Assembly: GCF_001194135.2 (NCBI RefSeq)
Contig: NC_068983.1
Span: forward strand, 131,554,876-131,618,875
Length of the DNA stretch: 64,000 nt
Reading direction: 5' to 3'
Source of the DNA: Octopus bimaculoides
Taxonomy: Eukaryota
Both the position numbers and the translations under genes were made by a program. The notes below the pieces were generated by a model. The model was not told the DNA's origin, did not search any database, and was given only the letters and a program-made list of their open reading frames with translations. Numbering within the stretch: the first letter of the stretch is position 1; each line of letters begins with the position of its first letter. Positions 1-12,043 of the stretch are shown in pieces.

Positions 1-42
<42 letters not shown>

Positions 43-959
43 CAAACGCACACACCTATGTATACATAAGTATATATACATATGTATACATATGCACATA
101 TACATGTGTGTGTGTGCTTTTGTATGTCTCTGTGTGTGTATATTGCACTTACAAATATATGCATATGCTTGCATATCTGCATATATTCGTATACATTCAC
201 AGATATAAATACAAAAAATATACCAGAACAGATTTCGCGTATTTGAGCGTAGTTCGCCATATCATCTTTGAGACATGGATTTGCTGAAGACAAATGTCGC
301 CATCACGCTCTGTTATATCCTTGGCTGATAACTGATTGAATCCGTTTGCGACAGTATAACTTTTTGAGAAGAAAGTTGTTTTAAATATTTGGTTTCTACA
401 TGTACATTGAACTATTTAAAATCTCGAAGACTAACATACATTACTTCATTTATAATCAACTGATTCTCATGTGGCATAAGAAAAATAGAGTCATGTTTTT
501 GATTAAATTTAACACAAGTCACGACATGCTCCATGAAAAGTTACAACTAATAGCCTATTTTGTATTTATTTTTATTAATGGATTTATTTCCTTTCGTTTA
601 ATTAAACTAATACACATCTAGTGTATATCATTTTTGTTTCATTAAAGATTCTGGAACTTCAATAATTTAGTTGGTTATACAGATAAAATGGTGGAAGGGG
701 ATTTGGTTGCTTTTTCAAAGAAGTTAATCGACTGCCTATAGGTTTCTATTATTACTCTTGTATAAAGCTTATAGCCTTTTTCATTTAGGTTTCGAAGGTA
801 TTTTTTAAACTATTATTTTCTGTTAAAGTTAATTTTTCAACTCACATTCGAAAGGATAGAAAAACGATTTAAATTCATCCTCTTTCTTTCTACTGACAAG
901 AGTGTCGAATGTTATACACCACTTGTTACAATGCGCTCCCTTGCATTGTTTTAGCTTTT

Positions 960-1145
960 GAATGATGCCATCCTAATGGCTAGGCGGACAGAAGAATATT
1001 CTTCTAGAACGGAATGCCAGCCAATCACTGAGTTACAGTAGAGTGGACTGGAACTGAAATGAAGTATTTTGCTTATGAGCACAACGCATCACTGGCTTAG
1101 AAATCTAAACTAAAATGCTGCGACCGTGAGAGAAACTTTATAACT
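960..1145 (-). mobile_element. Degraded SINE family D
   Basis: gagtggactggaactgaaatgaagtattttgc...acaacgc core. Confidence 0.5.
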
Positions 1146-1987
1146 ACATATCATATTTATTTAGAGGAAATTAGATTAAATTTTTTGTTTCCAGGTTTTG
1201 TATAACGAAGTTGAATTTGTAAGGGCTACCTTCCTAGATTTTTGAAGAGTGTGTATGGCGAATGAGAGAAGTACCATGACACATTGATTGCTAATATAGA
1301 GAAGTGCGCATCGTGATAGTAAGTCTTTCTAAGAAAGTAAACCTGCACCGAGTGCTTGCAAAAGTGTGACCCCAGATACTAAAGCTATCCGGGGTACAGT
1401 TAATGGAGTTAAAATGGACGATGGATTAAGTCTTACCAGGCACGATAAATTGGGGCTTGTCTGGGATTTATTGCTGTATCAATACTTATTATTGAATCTG
1501 TCAGCGTAAAACAATTCAGTATCTAAAATTCATAATTCGTGGAGCTACAAGAACCCATTTAGTTAATGATTAACTTCAGCATTAAGTGAATGAGAGACGA
1601 TCATCTTATTGGAACTGACGCTAATAAAACATAAGTCAGTTTCATAGACTAGACTCACAACTAATTTCGACAACAAAGTGTAGTGAACAATGTAATGTTA
1701 GTAATATTTTACAGTATAAAACATTGGAGTTATTTGCTCAGATGCGCCATCGTTAGAAAAAAATGACAGATGCAATCTCAAAGTGATTTTTATTTTTAAC
1801 ATGCCATTATTCTCCACCTCTGGATCTATATAATATTGTACATTTACTTAGTGATTAGAGAATCACTAAGTCATTACTTCAATAGGTATTGTGAAGTCTA
1901 TAAATAACTGAGTAAGTTTAATATGGAGTCTTGTCCGAAGTTGTTGCTGAAATAACTAATTTTAATCATCGAACTAATGGCTTTTCT

Positions 1988-2312
1988 ATTCTCTTTTACT
2001 CTTTTACTTGTTTCAGTCAGTTGACTGTGGCCATGCTGGAGCACCACCTTTTAGTCGAGCTAATCGACTCCAGGACTTATTCTTTGTACGCCTAGTACTT
2101 ATTCTATCGGTCTCTTATTGCCGAACCGCTAAGTTACGGGGACGTAAACACACCAGCATCGGTTGTCAAGCGATGTTGGGGGGACAAACACAGATACACA
2201 AACATATACACACACACACACACANNNNNNNNNNNNNNNNNNNNNNNNNNNNNNNNNNNNNNNNNNNNNNNNNNNNNNNNNNNNNNNNNNNNNNNNNNNN
2301 NNNNNNNNNNNN

Positions 2313-2351
<39 letters not shown>

Positions 2352-2517
2352 TACGACGGGCTTCTTTCAGTTCCCGTCTACCAAATCCACTCACAAGGCT
2401 TTGGTCAGCCCGAGACTATAGTAGAAGACACTTGCCCAAGGTGCCACACAGTGGGACTGAACCCGGAACCATGTAGTTGGTAAGCAAGCTACTTACCACA
2501 CAGCCACTCCTATGCCT
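1988..2517 (-). mobile_element. tRNA-derived SINE family A, near full length, with internal (CA)n/(TA)n
   Basis: Head (minus) aggcataggagtggctgtgtggtaag...ccgggttcagtccc with A/B-box-like motifs; tail gaaacaagtaaaagagtaaaaga; homologous copy at 9800-10217. Confidence 0.85.
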
Positions 2518-3215
2518 ATGTTACATAATTATTTGCAATTAACCATTTTGATGCTCCACTGTATTAAATATAGTAATTCAAAATTATAACATTAGGTTAA
2601 TGTTATTTAGAGGCACATAGATATAAATAGGAACCAACATGTAAACTCCTATGGGGTTAGTTGGCTGGCTAGAAATAGAAATTAAATCTCTCTCAAATGT
2701 TGCATAAGTGTATGAGAAAGGAAGAACACATGGTATAATGTAATTTGTCATATGTGTGTAAAGACGAGATGGCCATAGCTGGAATGCCTTTGATCATAAG
2801 TCTGCTCCATCGAGGCTGACCTTGGGCTAAAAAGCAACATCTGACTACCATACAGGGTTTGAACTCATGCCCCATATATTGTTAGTCTATGAGGCTCTGT
2901 CGTTTCAGATATTTCTCTTTCCACTCTGGTTCGGCTTGTCTGGTTCAAGTTCCCAGAAAGTGTAGAATTTACTGTTAGAGCAATTGTTCTCAAGCCGTGG
3001 CAGTCACAAGTTTTGTCTAGTTTTGAACGTCTTGATAAATGTGCTAGTCATAATATTATTATTATTTGTAGGCATGATTTATAAAACAAAATAAGCAATA
3101 GTTTTAAACTATTTGAAAATATCTTTTGTTATAACAATTCATGTTTAGTCCACAAGTAATGTCCTCTTTGAAGTACTGAGAGCACTGTCATGAACTTATT
3201 GTGAAATAAATACGT

Positions 3216-3549
3216 AGCCTCGTTTTCATTCCAAAGCCTCGTTTTCATTCCAGAGCCTCGTTTTCTTTCCAGAGCCTCGTTATCATTCCAGAGCCTCGTT
3301 TTCAATACAGAGCCTCGTTTTCATTCCAGAGCCTCGTTTTCATTCCAGAGCCTCGTTATCATTCCAGAGCCTCGTTTTCATTCCAGAGCCTCGTTTTCAA
3401 TCCAGAACCTCGTTTTCAATCCAGAGCCTCGTTTTCAATCCAGAGCCTTGTTTTCATTCCAGAGCCTCGTTTTCATTCCAGAGCCTCGTTTTCATTCCAG
3501 AGCCTCGTTTTCAATCCAGAGCCTCGTTTTCATTCCAAAGTCTCGTTAT
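3216..3549. repeat. 19-bp minisatellite (agcctcgttttcattccag), about 17.5 copies
   Basis: Direct reading of tandem units with few substitutions. Confidence 0.95.
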
Positions 3550-3869
3550 AAGGACCGATGATACGATACTGAGCTAAACATAGTTTTTATCATAAATAAC
3601 ACATCCATAATGTGTTTGTCCTTCACTGATAAAAGCGAAAATGCTTGTAAAAACATTTAATTTCTTTACAATTATAAAAGATGGTGAAGCGATATCATTT
3701 CTCTAGCAGACTTTTCAGTTTTGATTATTTGAAGAAATATAGATAAATTATTGGATTAATGTAATCAGATTTTGCTCTCTAGAGAAGGTCAAGGATGTAA
3801 ACTATCAAATTAAAATTGTTTTACATTATTTACATTTGACGGATACTTGTCCTCTTCTTGTTTGTTGTT

Positions 3870-3915
3870 AACACAACGCTTCGGCTGATATACTCACCAA
3901 TCTTCCTCAGGTGTT
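3870..3915 (-). ncRNA. Decayed inverted copy of the same hammerhead motif
   Basis: Minus strand reads aacac-CTGAGGA-a-gattg...cagcc-GAAG-cgtt-gtgtt: perfect 5-bp stem I but GAAA changed to GAAG and a damaged stem II. Confidence 0.5.
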
Positions 3916-3982
3916 TTAGGGAAATTTACGAGTTCGATGCCAGCCAGTCAACTGAATACTACTAATAATAATGATAATGATG

Positions 3983-4055
<73 letters not shown>

Positions 4056-4109
4056 CAACATCGAAAAAATACCCTAGGAATGAGAACCCAAGTTCGAAAC
4101 TTCCCCAAT

Positions 4110-4153
4110 ACACCTGATGAAGGCTGGAGGGTATATCAGCCGAAACGTTGTAT
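4110..4153 (+). ncRNA. Minimal type I hammerhead ribozyme motif (Penelope-like terminal repeat type)
   Basis: CTGATGA 4114-4120, extra A, stem II GGCTG(4122-26)/CAGCC(4137-41), GAAA 4142-45, palindromic ACGT in place of stem III, GUU triplet, short stem I ACAC/GTAT with one mismatch. Confidence 0.65.
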
Positions 4154-5309
4154 TAACAACAAGCAAGATGAGGACAAATATCCGTCAAATGTAAATAATG
4201 TAAATAATGTACATAATTCCTCATCTCTTAAATATAGAACTGTAAAAGTTGTTTTACAATATTCATTTCAAAATATTTGTTTTCAGTTTATAAGATCAGG
4301 TTTATCTTATTTTCTAAAGGGTCGATGGTATAAGTACAAAAAGGGATTAAAGTCGACTGACTCTTTTATAGCCCCACTCCTTTACAAAAAGAACTTTATG
4401 CTTAATTTATAGAAATCAATGTTTAAATATTCTGTTTATATCAACCATTTTATCATAACTGCTAACTTTTCTGGAAGTATCTAGGTATTAATTACAATAA
4501 ATATAGAAGCTAAACAGAGCAGCGTATTAAAATAACGTTTTATGCACGAGAAGGAAAGTCATCAAGAGAGGTTATCGATTCGTATTGGCAAAAACTATAA
4601 GAAGATAATAATAATTTTGTATGAATCTTTTATGTCAGTAGTTTGTTAAAAAGGCTAAAAAGAAAAGCAATATTTAATGATAGACGACAACTTAATTACG
4701 TCATTGTCCCTCTGATGTCTTATTAAACTGCCAGACAGGAGAAATGATAAAAGTCAATATAAGCAGCAGCTAAAGCAGATTTAGTTTTCAGTTTGCGTTC
4801 ATAGATTTAATGCTGTTTCATGTAGCACGACCCCCGGACATAATGCTCAAGTGAGCAAGATATATTTAACCGTTTGCTATTCACCAAATAAAATACTAAA
4901 CGAGAATAGAAGTAACAAAATAGTTATTTAAGCAAGATGTCACACAATTTATGAGGTAAGCTATGGCTAGATGGTTAAAAGGTTCCTTTTCGTAATCACC
5001 TTTTTTCATGTTCTATCCCACAGCGCGGCATTTTAGAAAAGTTTCAGAATATTGTTATCGACTCCTGACGGAAGGCAATTTACTTTGTTTCTTCTGCAAA
5101 TTCGCGGTGGTGAACATGAATTTGATACCATCAAATTCCATTCAAATTCAATTAATAGTCTAAAGCCTACATAAAAATCTGAATTCTTCCTTGAAATTAT
5201 TTTCCCCTTTCTCTGGCACTCACTAATAATGACCGGTAGGCATTCGCTTCCTTAAAAGTTTCAAATATACAAATACAACTTCAATTTTAAACGCTTACAG
5301 TTATATAAT

Positions 5310-5340
5310 ACTAGCTTAAAAGCCGCACTCCGTGCGGACG
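5310..5340 (-). mobile_element. Helitron 3' terminus
   Basis: Minus strand: hairpin ccgcac-gga-gtgcgg, 8 nt, then CTAG|T. Confidence 0.5.
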
Positions 5341-5399
5341 TTTAGACTAGCTCATGCGGAGGAATAATTGGGATTGTGGCCCCAAACTAAAGAGAGCTA

Positions 5400-5790
5400 A
5401 ACATCATGACTATAATACGTCTATAATAACTATATGCCCCAGTAGTGTTAGATCAGAGGTTAAGGACGGATGATAATTAATTCTGTAATGCAATCAATCT
5501 ACTCTTCCAGTCCCATGTTGAATTCCAACTGTTAGCCAATTTGTCACAAAGCTCTTATTGTCCAAAGCTCTTAACGAAGTGAACGTCAATCATTTCCCCC
5601 TTGATCTTCGACTTCATCTGACAAACGCCAAACAAGATAGCGTAAATAATCCAAGCTTTACCTGCTAGAAGTAGCAACCCAAATGCTTTTAAATCAATTC
5701 CCAATACTAGATATTCAAGAGCCAAATGAAGCGCAGATTTTCAATCCCCGGGACCATTCTGATTCCAAAAAGGTATGTCTCTGTAGAGCA
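5400..5790 (-). mobile_element. Probable L1/Tx1-like LINE ORF2 C-terminal relic
   Basis: Minus frame EYLVLGIDLKAFGLLLLAGKAWIIYA...KIKGK...DNKSFVTNW resembles the hydrophobic helix and F...W end of L1/Tx1 ORF2; contains stops. Confidence 0.4.
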
Positions 5791-6676
5791 AATGAATATT
5801 GAGATACAGGAATCTCAGACAAACATTATTTCGCTTTTATCATAATAGAAGACACACAGAAAACTAACACTGGAAGCATTAGTTCGAATGGAGGGAAACA
5901 GTATGAACAACAATGACAACACCAGCAACAGCAATACTCCATTTCCTTGCAAAGGCTGTAGATTAGAACGAGTCACGTAACTTGAAACAGTTCAAGGAAA
6001 AGTAGAATGAATGAACGAGATATGTTACTTCGCTGCTCGACTACTTTATTCCTTTAAGAGCTAAGAAGAAGGTGACATACCACTGTTTTTCAAAAATGGA
6101 GGCGTCTTCTATATACTTTCGAAACAAGCAATGGAGGAAACCTTGGCCTGTGCGTAGCAGGGACTGAAGTGGGTGTATCATACACATGCCATCAAGCCGA
6201 TTCCGTGGTATGTAGATCTCCGGAAGAATCTCGGCCTGAAATAATTGTAAGGGAATGGCATAGCATAAATGTCATCTTAGCATAAATCTCTTATATAGGT
6301 CTCCTGCGTGGATCTCTTGACCCTGATAATTCTTAATAATCATAAAGCAATAATGAAGCTGTAACCAATTGAGAAATACAAAGGCGCTCACGCAGACAGA
6401 TAGTGTGGTGTAAAATGACCAATTGCTACAGATATGGTAATTAAGGTTTATTTGAGGATCTTCTGCCCAAAGAAAAAGGCAGAAAGCAGCAGAATGGAGT
6501 AGAGACAGGAGGCCCAATAAAAGCAGATCCCTGGTGTGAAGACACTAGTTACTGCTGTCACAATTCCCATTGCTCCACAAGCCGCAGGTCTGGTCACAGT
6601 CCCAATGGAAGCAAACGGAATCAATTCATCCTCAATATCCATAGTCAGCAAAAACCCCAAAATAGAAGTGTCGAGC

Positions 6677-6727
<51 letters not shown>

Positions 6728-6729
<2 letters not shown>

Positions 6730-6942
6730 CCTTTCTACTACAGGCACAAGGCTCCAAATTTGAGAGAGTGGGATAGTCGATTACATCGACCTAGTTTTCG
6801 AAAAGGTACTTATTTTATCGACTCCGAGAGGATGAAACGCAAACTTGACTTCGGTGGAATTTGAAGTTAGAAAGTAGTGACAGACGAAGTAAGGTTAGTT
6901 ATTTCGCATGGCATGTTAACGATTCTTCCAGCTCACCGCCTT
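6728..6942 (-). mobile_element. tRNA-derived SINE family B embedded in (AAT)n
   Basis: Head (minus) aaggcggtgagctggaagaatcgttaac; body gtcgattacatcgacc, ggtacttattttatcgac; (AAT)n on both sides. Confidence 0.8.
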
Positions 6943-7277
6943 GATAATAATAATAATAATAATAATAATAATAGTAACAACAACAACAAATGAAAATAAA
7001 TATCGCTTACGTAATCAGCGAATGGAAAATATTGATCTTAGTGTAACAAGCATCAAAGTGTTTGTTCGGAAAAAATACAATGAAGGGTATGAAAAAGTCT
7101 GTCTCAGCTTACGGAAGTCAATTTGTAGAAGACATAGCTGCGACACTTCTATCATGTGATATTATGAGGTAGCAATAAAAAGTTCTGAATAAGACAGGCA
7201 AACCAAAGATGGTATGGAATTCGACATCCAGTCAGATGGTCAAATTGAACACATAGATCTGATATCATTGTTGTTGT

Positions 7278-7646
7278 TGGCACTCCGTCGGTTACGACGT
7301 CGAGGGTTCCAGTTGATCCGATCAACGGAACAGCCTGCTCGCGAAATTAACGTGCGAGTGGCTGAGCACTCCACAGACACGTGTACCCTTAACGTAGTTC
7401 TCGGGGATATTCAGCGTGATACAGCTGATCCTTTGAATTACAAGCACAACAGAAACAGGAAGTAAGAGTGAGGGAAAGTTGTGGTGAAAGAGTAAAGCAG
7501 GGTTCGCTACCATCCCCTGCCGGAGCCTCGTGGAGCTGTAGGTGTTTTCGCTCAATAAACACTCACAACGCCCTGTCTTGGAATCGAAACCGCGATCCTA
7601 TGACCGCGAGTCTGCTGCCCTAATCACTGGGCTATTGCACCTCCAC
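7278..7646 (-). mobile_element. tRNA-derived SINE family C, full length
   Basis: Head (minus) gtggaggtgcaatagcccagtgattagggcag...gtttcgattcc (A and B boxes); closely matches 61348-61722. Confidence 0.9.
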
Positions 7647-8329
7647 TGTGATATCATTATATAAGATATAATAAAACTGAATATCTCATAATAAAGGTTG
7701 CAGTTCCATGGGGCAAAATCATTTCAGGTAATGAAGTAGAAAATATTCAAACTATGCAGTCGTGGATGTTCGATTCATTCCATTAAAATTTCTTGAAGGC
7801 AGTGTCCTAGCATGACCGCAGTCAAATTACTGAAACAAGTAAAAGATAAAAGATAAAAGATAAAAGAAATAAAATAAAAGATAAAAGAAATAAAATAAAG
7901 AAATATCGTATTTGGTAACGCTCAGCAGCAATTGTGAAAGGCGTACCGGTTATGATTCAGTTCCATACATAAGCTATCCATTCAATTCAGAATAACCGGA
8001 CATCAAGATAGGCATGCGATGACTTCACAAGTCCTATAACCTTGAAGCAGCTCCTATTTTTAATTGAATATATTGTCTGATGTCTGTTGTTAAGGATTGA
8101 CAGTTAGATTGAAGATTAGACAGTTAGATTGAGTAAATTTGATTCAGAATGTGCAAGATAGAAATAATAATTAAAATTGTTTAAAATTTTATCCAGCAAT
8201 TTTGGGGAGGGGAGGCAGATAGTCGATTACATCGACCCTCAGTACTTGACCTTATCAACCTAAATAGAAATATGACTGCAGGCAACTTATTAATGTTTCA
8301 AATATGACGGAAAAATTATAAACCGTGGA

Positions 8330-9000
8330 GAATGCGGTTTCTTACTTGGAGAAGTATGCTGTCCCCAAAAGAAGATTATGTACAAAAAGAAAGACACTGT
8401 ATGAACAAGATCCTAGGCAGGAAAATTTACTGGTGGTGCTCACGAAAAAGATGCAACGGGTGTGTGCCTGTAAGAAAAGATACATGTTTGGAAGGTAGCA
8501 CCCTTCATCTTAAGACTCTACTGCATATTCCCCTTTACTCATGGGTCAAAGAATTGACTTTAGCTCGGTTTTGTGTTGATGAAGTGGGGACGAGCCAGTC
8601 CATAGGTGTTGATTACAGCAGCTATATTCGTGAAATATGCGCGGAGGACCTGCTCCGTAATCCAGTTCAGATAGGCGGTCCAGGGAAGATCGTTGAAATA
8701 GACGAAAGTCATCTCAAGAGGAAAATACAACCGAAAATAGTTGCTTGCTATTTGCATAGTGGGTTTTCGGAGTGTGTCGCAAGACCAGCCATGCTTTTTT
8801 CCTTATGTGGTGCGATGTCAGAATTGCGACGCACTAGAGGAATGAATACATCAGTCGATCCTTCCAGGAACCACAGTTTTTAGTGACTTGTGGAGAATTT
8901 ACTCTCGCATTCCTGAAATTAATGGTTATAATTTTCGACATAGAACAGTGAAGCACAACGTTGTGTTTATTAATTCGAAAGATAGACATTTGTAAAACGA
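8330..9000 (+). mobile_element. Merlin (IS1016/ISXO2-like) DNA transposon, degraded transposase
   Basis: WWCSRKRC, VQIGGPGKIVEIDESHLKRK (IGG.G.IVEIDES motif) and later FRHRTVKHNVVF; frameshifted. Confidence 0.85.
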
Positions 9001-9799
9001 GGGAATAAACAACGCTACGCAGTGGGACGCCACAGCTCTATGGCTCGAAAATTTTGTTGGTACTTTATTTTATCAGGGTTCAGCCGACCACGGTTGGATT
9101 TGAACTCAGGGGTCACTCATATAATTTAGTTTGGTTTGCATTTAGTATCATTGTGTTCTATACCTGTATTTTACCAAAATTTCGTGGCGCTCTTCAGAAG
9201 CCTCATCTTTTGCACTTTTGAAGTTTGTAAAGAGGCTGTTAGATTGATCATTTTTTTAAAGAATGTATTTAGAGTAATGAAAACCACTGCAACATAGAAT
9301 AAGAAGCGATAAAATACGAAGCGGTTCGGGAACCTCTACGTCGTTGTTCAACCTACTAGAAAATGCAGTTAAATTACTCTCAAACCATACACGAATTTCA
9401 TACGAAAAGAAATACAAATTGAACGTAAATGGTATATAGATTAATGGTTGGTCATGACTGGAACGTCGTTAGTCAAAGAACTGCTCAATCATAGCTGACC
9501 TGGGGATAAACAACATGAGGGGGAAAAAAACAAGAGATAAAATTAATTCATACAAAATGATTTCATGCTTATTAAAGCGGAAATATTGAATGATATATTT
9601 TATTCCTGACTGTTCCTTCTCTTCTACTTCTTGGCATTCATTCAAATTGCAATATTTGAAAAATACTACAGAATCTTAACTATTCTATAATAGAGTGGTA
9701 GGCTGACAGAATCAAAAGAGCGTCTTGCCGTATTTAGTCATATATCGTTACACTCTGAGTTCAAATACTAAGCATGGTACAATTTATGTTCCTTCCATA

Positions 9800-10217
9800 T
9801 TCTTTTACTTGTTTCAGTTATTAGATTGTGACCATGCTGGGGTACCACCTTGGCGTTTTAGTCGAATGAATCGGCCTTTTTTTAAAGCCTGGTACTTACT
9901 CTATCGGTCTTTTGCCGAACTGCTAAGTTACGGGAATGCAAACACACCAACACCGTTTGTCAAGCAGTTGTGGTAGTGGGGAAGGAGGAGAAACATAAAC
10001 ACAAAGGCACACACACACACACACATAGATATATACACACATATACATATATACGACGGGCTTCTATCAGTCTCCGGCTACCAAATACACTCACAGGAAT
10101 TTGGTTGACCCGAAGCAATAGTAGAAGACACTTGCTCAAGGTGTCAGGCAGTGGGACTGAACCTGGAATAATGTGGTTTGGAAGCAAGCGTCTTAACACA
10201 CATCCACACCCGCTCCT
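9800..10217 (-). mobile_element. SINE family A copy
   Basis: Colinear with 1988-2517, including atatatacgacgggctt and the internal (CA)n/(TA)n. Confidence 0.85.
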
Positions 10218-10574
10218 ATATGGATAAAATAAGTACTTGTTGTCTTAGAGGCTTAGATCGAGGTGAGTCTTGATTGGTCAAATCTACGAACCTAAGTTTT
10301 TTCTACCGTGACCGTTCAGCCTTTTTCCAAGTCACAGTGCATCCAAAACTACATTATACAATGTATCTTTTCTTTTTTAAAGCTGGTGGGGATAATTTGA
10401 GGAATATTGGGTTTTATTAAACGCAGATCGAGAGCGACAACGTAGTGGCTCCATCGTCGACTGAAAAAGCACCAGTGGAGTATTCAGAAACCATACTTTT
10501 CTCTCACATATGGTTTGCTTGTTGAATTATATTAGCAATCACAAATGTTCCTTTATTAATATTGTTTTAAAGGT

Positions 10575-10830
10575 TGCGAGCTGGCAAGATCATTAGCATG
10601 TCGTACAAAATGCTTAGCAGCATTTCTTCTGCAGCATTTCTTCGCCGGTCAGCGACGAGCATGGGCAACCTACCCGACCCGTCTTGAAACAATCTACATT
10701 CTTAGTTCCAATGTCGTCAAGGTCGACTTTTCCTTTCATCTTCTCAGAATCGATAAAATACATACCAGTTGACTAGCCCCTTCCCACAAATTTTCAGGCC
10801 GTATGCCTATTTCAGTAAAAAAGGGCTTGT
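10575..10830 (+). mobile_element. SINE family B copy
   Basis: aggttgcgagctggcaagatcattagc...gtcaaggtcgacttttcctttcatc...gataaaatacataccag. Confidence 0.7.
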
Positions 10831-11109
10831 TGAAATTAAAGGTGCATTGCATTGACGTAAGTGGTAGGGCATCGAACAAAGTGCTTTGAGATATTTAATT
10901 ACAGTTCATTACATTCCATGTTCAACACACATCCCATGTCTACTCTGTGTTTCGTCATTCCGAGGGTCTGTAAAATAAAGTACCAAACTCGCACTATCGG
11001 TATTAACTACTACACTCGTCCCTTCAAAGCATTGTCGTGTGATTGTCAGAAATCAGTATTACCTTTATTAAAGCGATGTATTAGCAGAATAAGTCGAGTA
11101 GTGGAAAAA

Positions 11110-11540
11110 ACGGTGGTGGGTTGACAAAATCAGTTGAATGGTGGACAAAGTACATTGCCATTACATCCCTTTACGTTCTGAATTCAACACCCGCTGTAGT
11201 CGTCTTTGTTTTTCATTCATTGTAGGATCGATAAAATTAAGTGCTGGGTGGGGGTTCGATATAATGCTCAATATCACTCCACTCTACCGCGAGACCTCGC
11301 GTTCATGCTAGAAATCAATATTGTACCAATTAAAATACAAACATATTCTACGGTATTGATTTCAGTGATACAACGCATTACGCATTTTTGAAGACAGTGC
11401 CATTGATTGGATCCACTCCTAGCCATTGATTGGTTATTATTTCATCGAACTCAGAATAATAAAAGATGAAGTTGACTCACTCAAGATTTGAATTCTGAAC
11501 GTAAAGAGCCGAGCCAAATACTGCATGCCATTTTATTTTG
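11110..11540. mobile_element. Two degraded SINE family B copies in opposite orientation
   Basis: + copy about 11110-11330 (tacgttctgaattcaacacccgc), - copy about 11400-11540 (aagatttgaattctgaacgtaa). Confidence 0.5.
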
Positions 11541-11928
11541 CTGAGTACTCAACAAATTTCGACAATCACTGCTTTCATTAATATCATGTGATTTAGGAAA
11601 AAGAAACAAACAAAAATATTTGTAAAGAGAAATATTTTAAACAACAGGATGATCTTTAACGATTGATTATTAGTTGATATTAGCCAGGATGTAGCTGTTG
11701 GGTAACTATGGAAACTGTTTTTTTTTAATTCTATAGCTGATACTAAGGTAACCTTTTGTCAAAAGATCGAATCAGTTACGTGATCTTTTATAATTAGAGA
11801 TATTTATCCATGGATGAACAGCTCAGTCGGTTGCTAGTTCATTGCGGAGGAGAGTGATATCCATAACACTTTTTCTTCGGAGTCCTCTGAAATGGTGTGT
11901 AAAATGGGAATAAGATCCTTTTATTCGC

Positions 11929-12043
11929 AGATAGGAGATGTGGTCTGAATATCTATAAGATAGGAGATATGGTCTGAATATCTGTAAGATAAGAGATATG
12001 GTCTGAATGTCTCAGATAAGAAATATGGTCTGAATGTCTATAA
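11929..12043. repeat. About 29-bp tandem repeat (agataggagatatggtctgaatatctata), about 4 copies
   Basis: ggtctgaat recurs at 27-29 bp spacing. Confidence 0.85.

Larger units (their letters stand above)
3823..4245. mobile_element. Penelope-like terminal-repeat pair in inverted orientation flanking an (AAT)n tract
   Basis: 3823-3935 is the reverse complement of about 4084-4205 (e.g. acattatttacatttgacggata vs tatccgtcaaatgtaaataatgt); both arms carry the hammerhead motif. Confidence 0.6.

Noticed and set aside
1195-1218. 24-nt AG/GT-bounded microexon VLYNEVEF, reminiscent of START 'LYEEL'
   Set aside because: Far shorter than the expected upstream START exon and lacking the W-N motif; chance splice-like signals are common.
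3216-3549. CRISPR-like appearance of regular short repeats
   Set aside because: No unique spacers, and the context is eukaryotic.
6678-6975. Idea that family B SINEs in (AAT)n are mobilised by the R4/Dong-like element
   Set aside because: Relative to element sense the SINE is flanked by (ATT)n whereas the Dong-like pieces are flanked by (AAT)n, and no shared 3' tail was seen.
7185-7240. PKMVWNSTSSQ as a candidate upstream START exon
   Set aside because: In-frame stop 10 codons upstream and no convincing donor or acceptor.
7560-7646. tRNA-like sequences with A/B boxes (also 18420-18500, 61640-61722, 2440-2517)
   Set aside because: They continue into SINE bodies and lack a complete cloverleaf acceptor stem; these are SINE heads, not tRNA genes.
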